This document shows positions 1 through 6,351 of a DNA stretch of 10,663 nucleotides, piece by piece. Positions within the stretch are counted from its first letter, which is position 1, and the number at the start of each line of letters is the position of its first letter. Location: positions 184,415-195,077 of the forward strand of contig JAVKIH010000001.1 in NCBI GenBank assembly GCA_031459625.1, in the 5' to 3' direction. The stretch comes from Candidatus Geohabitans tengchongensis. GTDB lineage: Bacteria > Sysuimicrobiota > Sysuimicrobiia > Sysuimicrobiales > Humicultoraceae. The notes below the pieces were generated by a model. It worked only from the letters and a program-made list of their open reading frames with translations, did no database searches and was not told where the DNA came from. Made by a program: the position numbers and the translations under genes.

Positions 1-74
1 CGCTGCGCAACGTCAAGCCCGGGGGCTTCTCCGGCATCACCTGGAACGCGCCGGAGTGGGGGTGGGCGCAGTAG
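1..74 (+). CDS. 3' end (partial) of a probable peptide/nickel ABC transporter substrate-binding protein (SBP family 5)
   Basis: The frame starting at base 3 reads LRNVKPGGFSGITWNAPEWGWAQ* (TAG 72-74) with GC-rich third positions. The ending 'L.N.KP...WN..EW' resembles OppA/DppA-type C-termini. It is too short for the ORF track, and only 23 residues are visible. Confidence 0.55.
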   Translation, partial: LRNVKPGGFSGITWNAPEWGWAQ

Positions 75-113
75 GGGCGGCCGGGGCGCGCCGGCCCGCC
101 CCGCGGCGGGGCG
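74..113. terminator. GC-rich hairpin between convergent genes, possible bidirectional terminator
   Basis: ggggcggccgg (74-84) pairs with ccggcccgcccc (91-102) with a 1-nt bulge. An alternative stem is cgccccg/cggggcg (97-113). It lies between two convergent stop codons but has no U-tract. Confidence 0.35.
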
Positions 114-944
114 TCAGGACCAGCGGCGACGCAGGCGGTAGCGGCGGTAGCCCTTGACCGAGGGCTCGCGGGTGACGCCGAGGTAGAGCTCCTGCACGTT
201 CGGGTCCTCGCGCAGGCGCGCTGCCGGCCCGTCGAGCACGACGCGCCCGCCCTCCAGCACGTAGGCCCATTCGGCCAGCTCGAGGGCCAGCCGCGCGTTC
301 TGCTCCACCAGCAGCAGGGCCGTCCCGGCGGCGTGCACCTCGCGCAGCGCCCGGAAGATCTCCGCCACCACCAGCGGGGCCAGGCCCAGCGACGGTTCGT
401 CCAGCATGAGCAGCCGCGGGCGGCCGAGCAGCGCCCGGGCGATGGCCAGCATCTGCTGCTCGCCCCCCGAGAGCGTCCCGGCGGGCTGGCGGCGCCGTTC
501 CGCCAGGACGGGGAAGAGGTGCTCCACCCAGGCGCGGTCACGGGCCACCGCCGCGTCGCGCCGCCGGAAGGCGCCCAGCCGCAGGTTCTCCTCCACGGTG
601 AGGTCGGGGAAGATGCCGCGGCCCTCCGGCACGTAGCCCACCCCGAGGGCCGCCACGTCCTCGGGCTCCCACCCGTTCACGCGCCGGCCGGCCACCACCA
701 CGCTCCCCTTCGCCGGCTGCCCCGGCAGGTAGCCCATGACGGTGCGCAGCAGCGTGCTCTTGCCGGCGCCGTTGCTCCCCAGCAGCGCCACGATCTGCCC
801 GGCGTGGACGGTGAGGGAGACGCCGTGCAGGACGGTGAGGCGGCCGTAGTAGGTGGTCTCGACATTGTGCACCTGCAGCAGCGGCGGGGCCTGCCGCGCC
901 CGGAGGGCTGCGCCGCCCGGTTCCGGGCCCGCCATCCCGCTCAC
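114..944 (-). CDS. livF: HAAT-family (branched-chain amino acid-type) ABC transporter ATP-binding protein, LivF-like
   Basis: Walker A GSNGAGKS, Q-loop region YVPEGRGIF, signature LSGGEQQ, Walker B/D-loop LLMLDEPSLGLAP, and LLVEQN. The start is either GTG at 944 (GTGA overlap with the upstream stop) or ATG at 935. The ORF-track extension to 1364 overlaps livG and is not credible. Confidence 0.93.
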   Translation of the reverse strand: MSGMAGPEPGGAALRARQAPPLLQVHNVETTYYGRLTVLHGVSLTVHAGQIVALLGSNGAGKSTLLRTVMGYLPGQPAKGSVVVAGRRVNGWEPEDVAALGVGYVPEGRGIFPDLTVEENLRLGAFRRRDAAVARDRAWVEHLFPVLAERRRQPAGTLSGGEQQMLAIARALLGRPRLLMLDEPSLGLAPLVVAEIFRALREVHAAGTALLLVEQNARLALELAEWAYVLEGGRVVLDGPAARLREDPNVQELYLGVTREPSVKGYRRYRLRRRWS

Positions 945-1735
945 CGCGCCGAGGCCGCCGCCGGCGAGGCCCCCAGGTAGGCGCGGATGACCTCGGGGTG
1001 GCGCTGGACCTCCTCGGGCGTCCCCTCGGCGATGCGCACGCCGTGGTCGAGGACCGTGACGCGCTCCGAGACCTCCATCACCAGGCGCAGGTCGTGCTCG
1101 ACCAGCACCACGGCCACCCCCCAGGCCTCCTGCACGTCCTTGATGCGGAAGACCAGCTCGGCCTTCTCCTCCGCCGTCATCCCGGCGGAGGGCTCGTCCA
1201 GCAGGAGCAGCACCGGTTCCAGGGCCAGCGCCCGGGCCAGCTCCACGAGGCGCTGCTGTCCGATGGGCAGGTCGCCCACTCGGCGGTGGCGCACCGCCTG
1301 CAGGTCGAGGAGGTCGAGGATCTCCTCGACGCGGCGGCGGTGGCGCACCTCCTCGCGCCGCCACCCCGGCGTGGCGCAGGCCGCCGCCAGCAGGGGGGTG
1401 CGGATGTGCAGGTGGCGTCCCAGCAGGACGTTGTCCAGGACCGTGGCGTGGCGGAAGAGCTCGAGGTTCTGGAAGGTGCGGGCCACCCCCAGGCGCGCCA
1501 CCTCGTCGGGGCGCCGGCCGACCAGGGAGACGCCGCGCAGGCGGATGGTGCCGCGGTCGGGCCGGTAGAGGCCGCAGACGCAGTTGAAGAGGGTGGTCTT
1601 CCCGGCGCCGTTGGGCCCGATGAGGGAGACGAGCGCGCGCGGGGCGACCGTGAGGTCCACCCCCGCCAGCGCCTGGACGCCGCCGAAGGCGAGGGCCAGG
1701 TCGCGGATCTCCAGCAGCGGTGGCTCGCCGCTCAC
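941..1735 (-). CDS. livG: HAAT-family ABC transporter ATP-binding protein, LivG-like
   Basis: Walker A GPNGAGKT, ARTFQN, LPIGQQR signature variant, LLLLDEPSAGM, H-loop VEHD, and the C-terminal PEVIRAYLG typical of LivG. GTG start. Confidence 0.94.
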   Translation of the reverse strand: MSGEPPLLEIRDLALAFGGVQALAGVDLTVAPRALVSLIGPNGAGKTTLFNCVCGLYRPDRGTIRLRGVSLVGRRPDEVARLGVARTFQNLELFRHATVLDNVLLGRHLHIRTPLLAAACATPGWRREEVRHRRRVEEILDLLDLQAVRHRRVGDLPIGQQRLVELARALALEPVLLLLDEPSAGMTAEEKAELVFRIKDVQEAWGVAVVLVEHDLRLVMEVSERVTVLDHGVRIAEGTPEEVQRHPEVIRAYLGASPAAASAR

Positions 1736-1793
1736 GGCCGCCGCCTCACCGACCCCGACCGATCCCGCCGCCGACCCCGCCGGGCCGTGCCGG

Positions 1794-2981
1794 TCAGTAC
1801 TGCACCGGGTAGCTGATCCAGTCCGTCACCTTCACGTACTGCCGGTTGGTGGCCCGGACGATGTAGAGGCGTGTGATCCCCTGGCGCCGCTCCGGCCCGA
1901 AGGTCACCCCGCGGATGACCTCGCCGTCCCAGTTGCGCAGGCGCTCCAGCTCCGTCACCACGCGGTCCTTGGTCACCTCGCGGCCGGCCCGGCGGAGCCC
2001 CTCCAGCAGGGGTTCGATGAACGAGACTCCGGCCAGCACGTTGTAGGGGTTCTGGCGCACCAGCTCCGGGGCGGCGCGCCCCAGCCGCTCCAGCAGGGCG
2101 TCCACCCGGGCGTCGCCGTGCCCCGGGAGGGGGAAGTAGGCCGTCGAGTAGACGTCGTTCCAGGCGTCCCCGGCCAGCTGGAACATGATCGGGTCGCCCA
2201 GGGTGAAGGTGGCCAGCAGCTGCGGCCGGAAGCCCAGCCGGGCCATCTCCCGGACGATCAGCGCGCCGTGGCGGGGCGTGGCCGCCAGGAAGACGGCGTC
2301 CGCCCCCGACTCGCGCAGCCGCACCGCCTGGGCGCTCACGTCGGCGTCCGTCACCTCGTAGGAGGTCTGGCCCACCACCCGGACGCGGGCGGTGGTGGAG
2401 GCGCGCTTGACCCCCAGCAGGAGCTGCTGTCCGTACAGGTCGTTCTGGTAGAAGACGGCGATGCGCCGCACGTTCAGGCGCTGCGCGGCGAACTCGGTGA
2501 GGATGCGCGCCTCGTGCACGTAGGAGGGGTAGGTGACGAAGAGGTACTTGCGCCCGCGGAACCCCGCCCAGATGTCGCTGGTGGTGGGGGTGATCCACAA
2601 CGTCTGGCTCTCCACCACGTAGTCGCGGGCGGCGAAGGCGTTGGCCGTGCCGATCATCCCCACGATGGCAAAGACCCCCACCCGCTCCACCAGCTCCCGC
2701 ACGTTCGCCACGGCCCGCGGCGGCAGGTAGGCGTCGTCCCGCAGCACCAGGGTGATGCGGCGGCCGTTGATCCCGCCCTGGGCGTTGAGCAGCGCGAGGT
2801 AGACTTCCATACCGCGCCCCACCCCGATCCCCCAGTAGGCCGCGGGGCCGGACAGCGGCACCGTCGACCCGAGCAGGATCTCGGTGGGGGTGACGCCGCG
2901 TTCCTGCGCCTGGCCCGGAGCCCCCAGGAGCAGCAGGGTGACGACGAGGAGCCCGAGCGCCCCTGTCCTCAGATCTCGCAT
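1794..2981 (-). CDS. ABC transporter substrate-binding protein (type 1 periplasmic binding fold, LivJ/LivK-like superfamily)
   Basis: ATG at 2981 is preceded by a GGAGG Shine-Dalgarno. It has a Sec-type signal peptide (MRDLRTGALGLLVVTLLLLGAPGQA) and the motifs GVTPTEILLG, PLSGPAA, NAQGGINGRRI, DDAYLP and YQNDLYG. 395 aa. Confidence 0.92.
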   Translation of the reverse strand: MRDLRTGALGLLVVTLLLLGAPGQAQERGVTPTEILLGSTVPLSGPAAYWGIGVGRGMEVYLALLNAQGGINGRRITLVLRDDAYLPPRAVANVRELVERVGVFAIVGMIGTANAFAARDYVVESQTLWITPTTSDIWAGFRGRKYLFVTYPSYVHEARILTEFAAQRLNVRRIAVFYQNDLYGQQLLLGVKRASTTARVRVVGQTSYEVTDADVSAQAVRLRESGADAVFLAATPRHGALIVREMARLGFRPQLLATFTLGDPIMFQLAGDAWNDVYSTAYFPLPGHGDARVDALLERLGRAAPELVRQNPYNVLAGVSFIEPLLEGLRRAGREVTKDRVVTELERLRNWDGEVIRGVTFGPERRQGITRLYIVRATNRQYVKVTDWISYPVQY

Positions 2982-3102
2982 GACCGGATCCCTCCCCGAT
3001 GGAGCTGTCCGCCCTCCCCGTCGGCCGGGGTGCAGTCCCTGTTCGTCATCCTCCCCCATGCCCCCTCGGCCTGGCGGCATTCGGTTCCGGAACCTGACCC
3101 CC

Positions 3103-3134
3103 TATACTATGGTGGCAATGTCACTTCATTGACA
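3103..3134. promoter_or_regulatory. Divergent promoter region with overlapping -10-like hexamers and a palindromic operator candidate
   Basis: This is an AT-rich island in GC-rich DNA. TATACT (+, 3103-3108) overlaps TAGTAT (-, 3109-3104). Inverted repeats CAATG-N6-CATTG (3116-3131) and TGTCA-N6-TGACA (3119-3134) are present. I found no convincing, correctly spaced -35. Confidence 0.55.
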
Positions 3135-3166
3135 CACTCTCCCCGGTTCCCGGCAGGGGGCGTCAG

Positions 3167-4132
3167 GTGTTCCCAGTGGCGAAATCGACGCGAACCGGAT
3201 GGAGGCGTGGGGCCCGCCAAGCCCCGCCGCGGCGTCGGTGGGCCGCTGGAGCGGCTACGCTGGGGGCCGTCCTCCTGGCCATCGCGGGCGTCTGGCTGTG
3301 GGGAAGCAGAGGCGGCGAGGGGAGCGCCGACCCGCTGGCGGTGCTCCACACGCCGGACTTCCACGCCCTGGCCTTCGCCCCCGACGACCCCGACGTCGTC
3401 GTTCTTGGCCACCACAACGGCATCCTGCGCAGTGATGACGGCGGGCGCACGTGGCAGGCGCTCGTCGAGCGTCCCAACTTCGACGCCATGGGACTGGCGG
3501 TCCACCGGCGCGACGGACGGCGCATCTACCTGGCCGGGCACCTCATCTTCCAGGCCAGCGGCGACGGGGGCCGCACGTGGCGGGCCGTGGAGCACGACCT
3601 CCCCTACACGGACATCCACGGCTTGGCGATGAGCCCAGACAACCCGGACCGCCTCTACGCCTTCGTCGTCGGTCACGGGCTCTTTCGCAGCGAGGACGGG
3701 GGGCGCCGGTGGATGGCGGTGCCCGCGGCCCTGCCGCCCGACGTCATGGCGCTGGCCGCCGCCGGCGGTCAGCCCGAGACGGTGTACGCAGGCAGCATGC
3801 GCGGCGGCGTCATGCGCAGCACCGACGGCGGGGCGACCTGGACCGCGTCGGCCACGGGTCGCGTCTCCAGCACGGTCTTTGCCCTCGCCGTGGATCCCTT
3901 GTCCCGCAACACCGTGTACGCCGGCACCAATGGAGGTCTCTTCAAGAGCACCGACGGCGGGGCGACCTGGACGAAGCTCCCCTTCCCCGGAGCGAACGCA
4001 GTGGCCCTCGCGGTCAGCCCGGCCCGGCCCACCCGCGTCCTGGCCATCTGGATGAAGCGCCGCGGGCAGGGACTGGTCTACCGCAGTGATGACGGCGGCC
4101 GCACCTGGGGGGACGGGATGACGGAGCGGTGA
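3167..4132 (+). CDS. Membrane-anchored or secreted WD40/YVTN/BNR (Asp-box) repeat beta-propeller protein
   Basis: GTG start after AGGGGG. A basic N-terminus is followed by a hydrophobic helix (AAGAATLGAVLLAIAGVWLW). There are six Asp-boxes S-x-D-G-G-x-[TR]-W (SDDGGRTW twice, SGDGGRTW, SEDGGRRW, STDGGATW twice). 321 aa. Confidence 0.88.
   Translation: MFPVAKSTRTGWRRGARQAPPRRRWAAGAATLGAVLLAIAGVWLWGSRGGEGSADPLAVLHTPDFHALAFAPDDPDVVVLGHHNGILRSDDGGRTWQALVERPNFDAMGLAVHRRDGRRIYLAGHLIFQASGDGGRTWRAVEHDLPYTDIHGLAMSPDNPDRLYAFVVGHGLFRSEDGGRRWMAVPAALPPDVMALAAAGGQPETVYAGSMRGGVMRSTDGGATWTASATGRVSSTVFALAVDPLSRNTVYAGTNGGLFKSTDGGATWTKLPFPGANAVALAVSPARPTRVLAIWMKRRGQGLVYRSDDGGRTWGDGMTER
3818..3972 (+). repeat. 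Exact 26-bp direct repeat encoding two Asp-boxes
   Basis: agcaccgacggcggggcgacctggac occurs at 3818-3843 and 3947-3972. In addition, cgcagtgatgacggc recurs at 3428 and 4082. Confidence 0.8.
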
Positions 4133-4140
4133 GCTGGGTA

Positions 4141-4164
4141 CAGCGGTCTTCCGCGCAACCGCTG
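4141..4164. terminator. Short hairpin between the convergent BNR gene and livH-like gene
   Basis: cagcggt (4141-4147) and accgctg (4158-4164) form a 7-bp stem with a 10-nt loop in the 41-bp convergent gap. No U-tract. Confidence 0.3.
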
Positions 4165-4173
4165 CCTCGTGGG

Positions 4174-5058
4174 TCAGGCCCGTCGGCGGACCTCGCGTCC
4201 GAGCAGCCCTTCGGGGCGGACCATCAGGGTGAGGACGATCACCAGGAAGGCCAAGGTCGTCTTGAACTTCACCGAGACGTACCCGGCGAAGAGCGCCTCC
4301 AGGACGCCCAGGCACAGCCCGCCCAGCACGGCCCCCGGCAGGCTGTCCATCCCGCCGAGGACCGCCCCCGCGAACCCCTTGAGGAAGGGGTCGAGCATCA
4401 TCGCCGGGTCGAGCAGCGTGGCCGGGGCGGTGAGGATCCCGGCGCCGGCGCCGAGAGCCCCGGCCAGCCCCCAGGTGAAGGCCAGGATGCGGCGGGCCGG
4501 GATGCCCAGCGCCTGCGCCGCCTCCACGTGCTGGGCCACGGCGCGCATGGCCAGCCCCACGCGCGTGTGCTGCACGACCAGGTAGAGCGCGGCCACCAGG
4601 ACCAGGCCGGCACCCAGGAGGCCCAGACTGAGCTGGCTCACCACCACGCCGCCCAGGCGGTAGACGCGCGTGTCGGAGAGAGGGAAGGGAAAGACCTTGG
4701 TCTCCGCGCCCCACACCGCCGTGGTCAGGCCGTTCAGCACCAGGGCCAGGCCCAACGTGACGACGATCCGCCCGAGCAGCGTCGCCTCCCGGGCCGGGCG
4801 CAGGACCACCAGGTAGAAACCGGCGGCGAAGGTCCCCGCCGCGGCCAGGGCGGCGGTGGTGGCCAGCGGGAACCCCCACCCGCCCGCCATCAGCGTGAAG
4901 GCGACGAAGGTGGCGGCCGTGGCCAGGTCGCCGTGGGCGAAGTTCAGCACCCGCGAGGCGCGGTAGAGCAGGACGATGCCCAGGGCCATGAGCGCGTAGA
5001 GCGTGCCCGCGGCCAGCCCGCCCACGAGCAGCTGCGCCGCCTGGCTCACGTCCGGCAC
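4174..5058 (-). CDS. livH: HAAT-family ABC transporter permease, LivH-like
   Basis: Hydrophobic 294-aa protein with GLAAGTLYALMALGIVLLYRASRVLNFAHGD, TRVGLAMRAVAQ and AVLGGMDSLPGAVLGGL. The start is GTG 5058 or GTG 5049. Confidence 0.93.
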   Translation of the reverse strand: MPDVSQAAQLLVGGLAAGTLYALMALGIVLLYRASRVLNFAHGDLATAATFVAFTLMAGGWGFPLATTAALAAAGTFAAGFYLVVLRPAREATLLGRIVVTLGLALVLNGLTTAVWGAETKVFPFPLSDTRVYRLGGVVVSQLSLGLLGAGLVLVAALYLVVQHTRVGLAMRAVAQHVEAAQALGIPARRILAFTWGLAGALGAGAGILTAPATLLDPAMMLDPFLKGFAGAVLGGMDSLPGAVLGGLCLGVLEALFAGYVSVKFKTTLAFLVIVLTLMVRPEGLLGREVRRRA

Positions 5059-5099
5059 ACCGGGTTCACGACCGCCCCACCTGGCTCACGTCCGGCACA
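5040..5099. repeat. Three tandem 20-bp units at the livM-livH junction
   Basis: cctggctcacgtccggcaca at 5040-5059 and 5080-5099 are identical. The middle unit ccgggttcacgaccgcccca (5060-5079) matches at 15 of 20 positions. Confidence 0.85.
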
Positions 5100-5122
5100 T
5101 CCGCTCCATCCCGGCCGCACCC

Positions 5123-6148
5123 TCACAGGGGCCACGTCTTCAGGTAGGCCCGGATGCGCAGCCAGCGGCCGTAGAGCCCCTGGGGCTCCACCGCCATCAT
5201 CAGGATGATGGCCGCCCCGTAGACCACCGGCTGCCACTCCCGCGCCGCCGTGAGCCACTGCGGGACCAGCGTCAGGATCACGGCGCCGATCACCGCCCCC
5301 GGGATGGTGGCGAGCCCTCCGACGACGATCATGGCGAAGTAGTAGATCGACTCGAAGAGCGTGAACATCTGCGGCTCGATGTGGCGCAGCGCCTGGGCGA
5401 AGAGCGCGCCGCCCACCCCGGCGTAGAAGGCGCTGAGGGCGAAGGCCAGGGTCTTGTACCGGGTGAGGTGGACGCCCATGACCTCGGCGGCAATGTCGCT
5501 GTCGCGGATGGCCACGAAGGCCCGCCCGACGTGGGAGCGGGCCAGGTTGACGGCCACCCAGACGAGCACCGCCGCCGTCCCCAGGGCCAGGTAGGCGAGC
5601 TGCCGGTCCGGGCTGAGACCCCCCAGCCCCAGGGTGACCCGGGGGATGGGCAGGCCCATGCGCCCGCCGGAGAGCGCCTCCCAGTTGGTCAGCACCTGGT
5701 TCACCGCGATGCCGAACCCCAGGGTGGCGATGGTCAGGTAGGGGCCGGTGAGCCGCAGCGCCGGCAGCCCCACGAGCGCGCCGAAGCTGGCGGCGACGAG
5801 GCCGGCGAGCGGCCAGGTCACCCACCAGGGTAATCCTCCGGCCAGCCCGGGGAGCGCCGGCACCCCCCGCCCCAGCACGCCCGTGGTGTAGGCGCCGATG
5901 GCCACGAAGGCGGCGTGGCCGAGGGAGATCTGCCCCGTGTACCCGGTGAGGAGGGTGAGGCCGACCGCCACGATGACGTGGGTGGCCGCCAGCACGGCGG
6001 TAAAGAGGAGGTAGCCCGGGGCATAGAGGGGGAAGAGGAGGAGGGCGACGGCCAGCCCGAGCACCGCCAGCCAGCCGGCGGTGCCGCGCACGAGGGCCAG
6101 GTCCTCGTCGTAGCGCTGGCGCAGGTCGGTGCGCATCCGCCTGCGCAT
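5123..6148 (-). CDS. livM: HAAT-family ABC transporter permease, LivM-like
   Basis: Motifs GLTLLTGYTGQISLGHAAFVAIGAY, PALRLTGPYLTIATLGF, GRAFVAIRDSDIAAEVMGV and MIVVGGLATIPGAVIGA. The start is ATG 6148 or ATG 6136 (MRTDLRQRYDEDLAL). The ORF-track extension to 6235 looks non-coding. Confidence 0.93.
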   Translation of the reverse strand: MRRRMRTDLRQRYDEDLALVRGTAGWLAVLGLAVALLLFPLYAPGYLLFTAVLAATHVIVAVGLTLLTGYTGQISLGHAAFVAIGAYTTGVLGRGVPALPGLAGGLPWWVTWPLAGLVAASFGALVGLPALRLTGPYLTIATLGFGIAVNQVLTNWEALSGGRMGLPIPRVTLGLGGLSPDRQLAYLALGTAAVLVWVAVNLARSHVGRAFVAIRDSDIAAEVMGVHLTRYKTLAFALSAFYAGVGGALFAQALRHIEPQMFTLFESIYYFAMIVVGGLATIPGAVIGAVILTLVPQWLTAAREWQPVVYGAAIILMMAVEPQGLYGRWLRIRAYLKTWPL

Positions 6149-6229
6149 CTTCGCCGCGCCGGGCCCGCACTCTTGCGTCGGCCCGCGCCGGCCAGCGCCC
6201 CCCGCGCCTGCACGCCCGCCTCCCCGCGT

Positions 6230-6258
6230 TTGCAAGCCCGTCGCGGATGCGATAGATT
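6230..6258 (+). promoter_or_regulatory. Sigma70/SigA-type promoter candidate for the oxidoreductase operon
   Basis: TTGCAA (6230-6235), a 17-bp spacer, then TAGATT (6253-6258), in an AT-enriched patch of the divergent intergenic region. Confidence 0.6.
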
Positions 6259-6266
6259 GCGCATAG

Positions 6267-6299
6267 ACGCCCGCCGGCGGTCTGGCCGGGCGTTTTTCT
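6267..6299 (+). terminator. Intrinsic terminator-like hairpin with U-tract in the 5' leader of the oxidoreductase alpha gene
   Basis: acgcccg (6267-6273) pairs with cgggcgt (6287-6293), extended inward by ccgg/ctgg around a cggt loop, and runs into TTTTTCT (6293-6299). Confidence 0.55.
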
Positions 6300-6351
6300 C
6301 GCCCGCGGGGCAGGGCCGTTCACGCGCAGCGAGGGAGGGACGGATCGAGCG

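Noticed and set aside
945..1364. N-terminal extension of the 416-aa ORF 114..1364
   Set aside because: It is low-complexity Gly/Arg/Pro sequence overlapping livG in another frame. The ATPase domain begins only after 944.
1736..1793. Short ccgacccc/ccgatccc repeats in the SBP-livG spacer
   Set aside because: This is low-complexity GC-rich sequence with irregular spacing and no supportable function.
3129..3134. Perfect TTGACA as the -35 of the BNR gene promoter
   Set aside because: There is no -10-like hexamer 16-18 bp downstream (the sequence there is ggcagg). It is better explained as half of the palindrome.
3227..3300. Twin-arginine (Tat) signal in the BNR protein (PPRRRWAAG)
   Set aside because: It lacks the S/T-R-R-x-F-L consensus. 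A positive-inside membrane anchor explains it adequately.
5040..5099. Mini CRISPR array
   Set aside because: The units are 20 bp, the 'spacer' is a degenerate copy of the repeat, and no cas genes are present.
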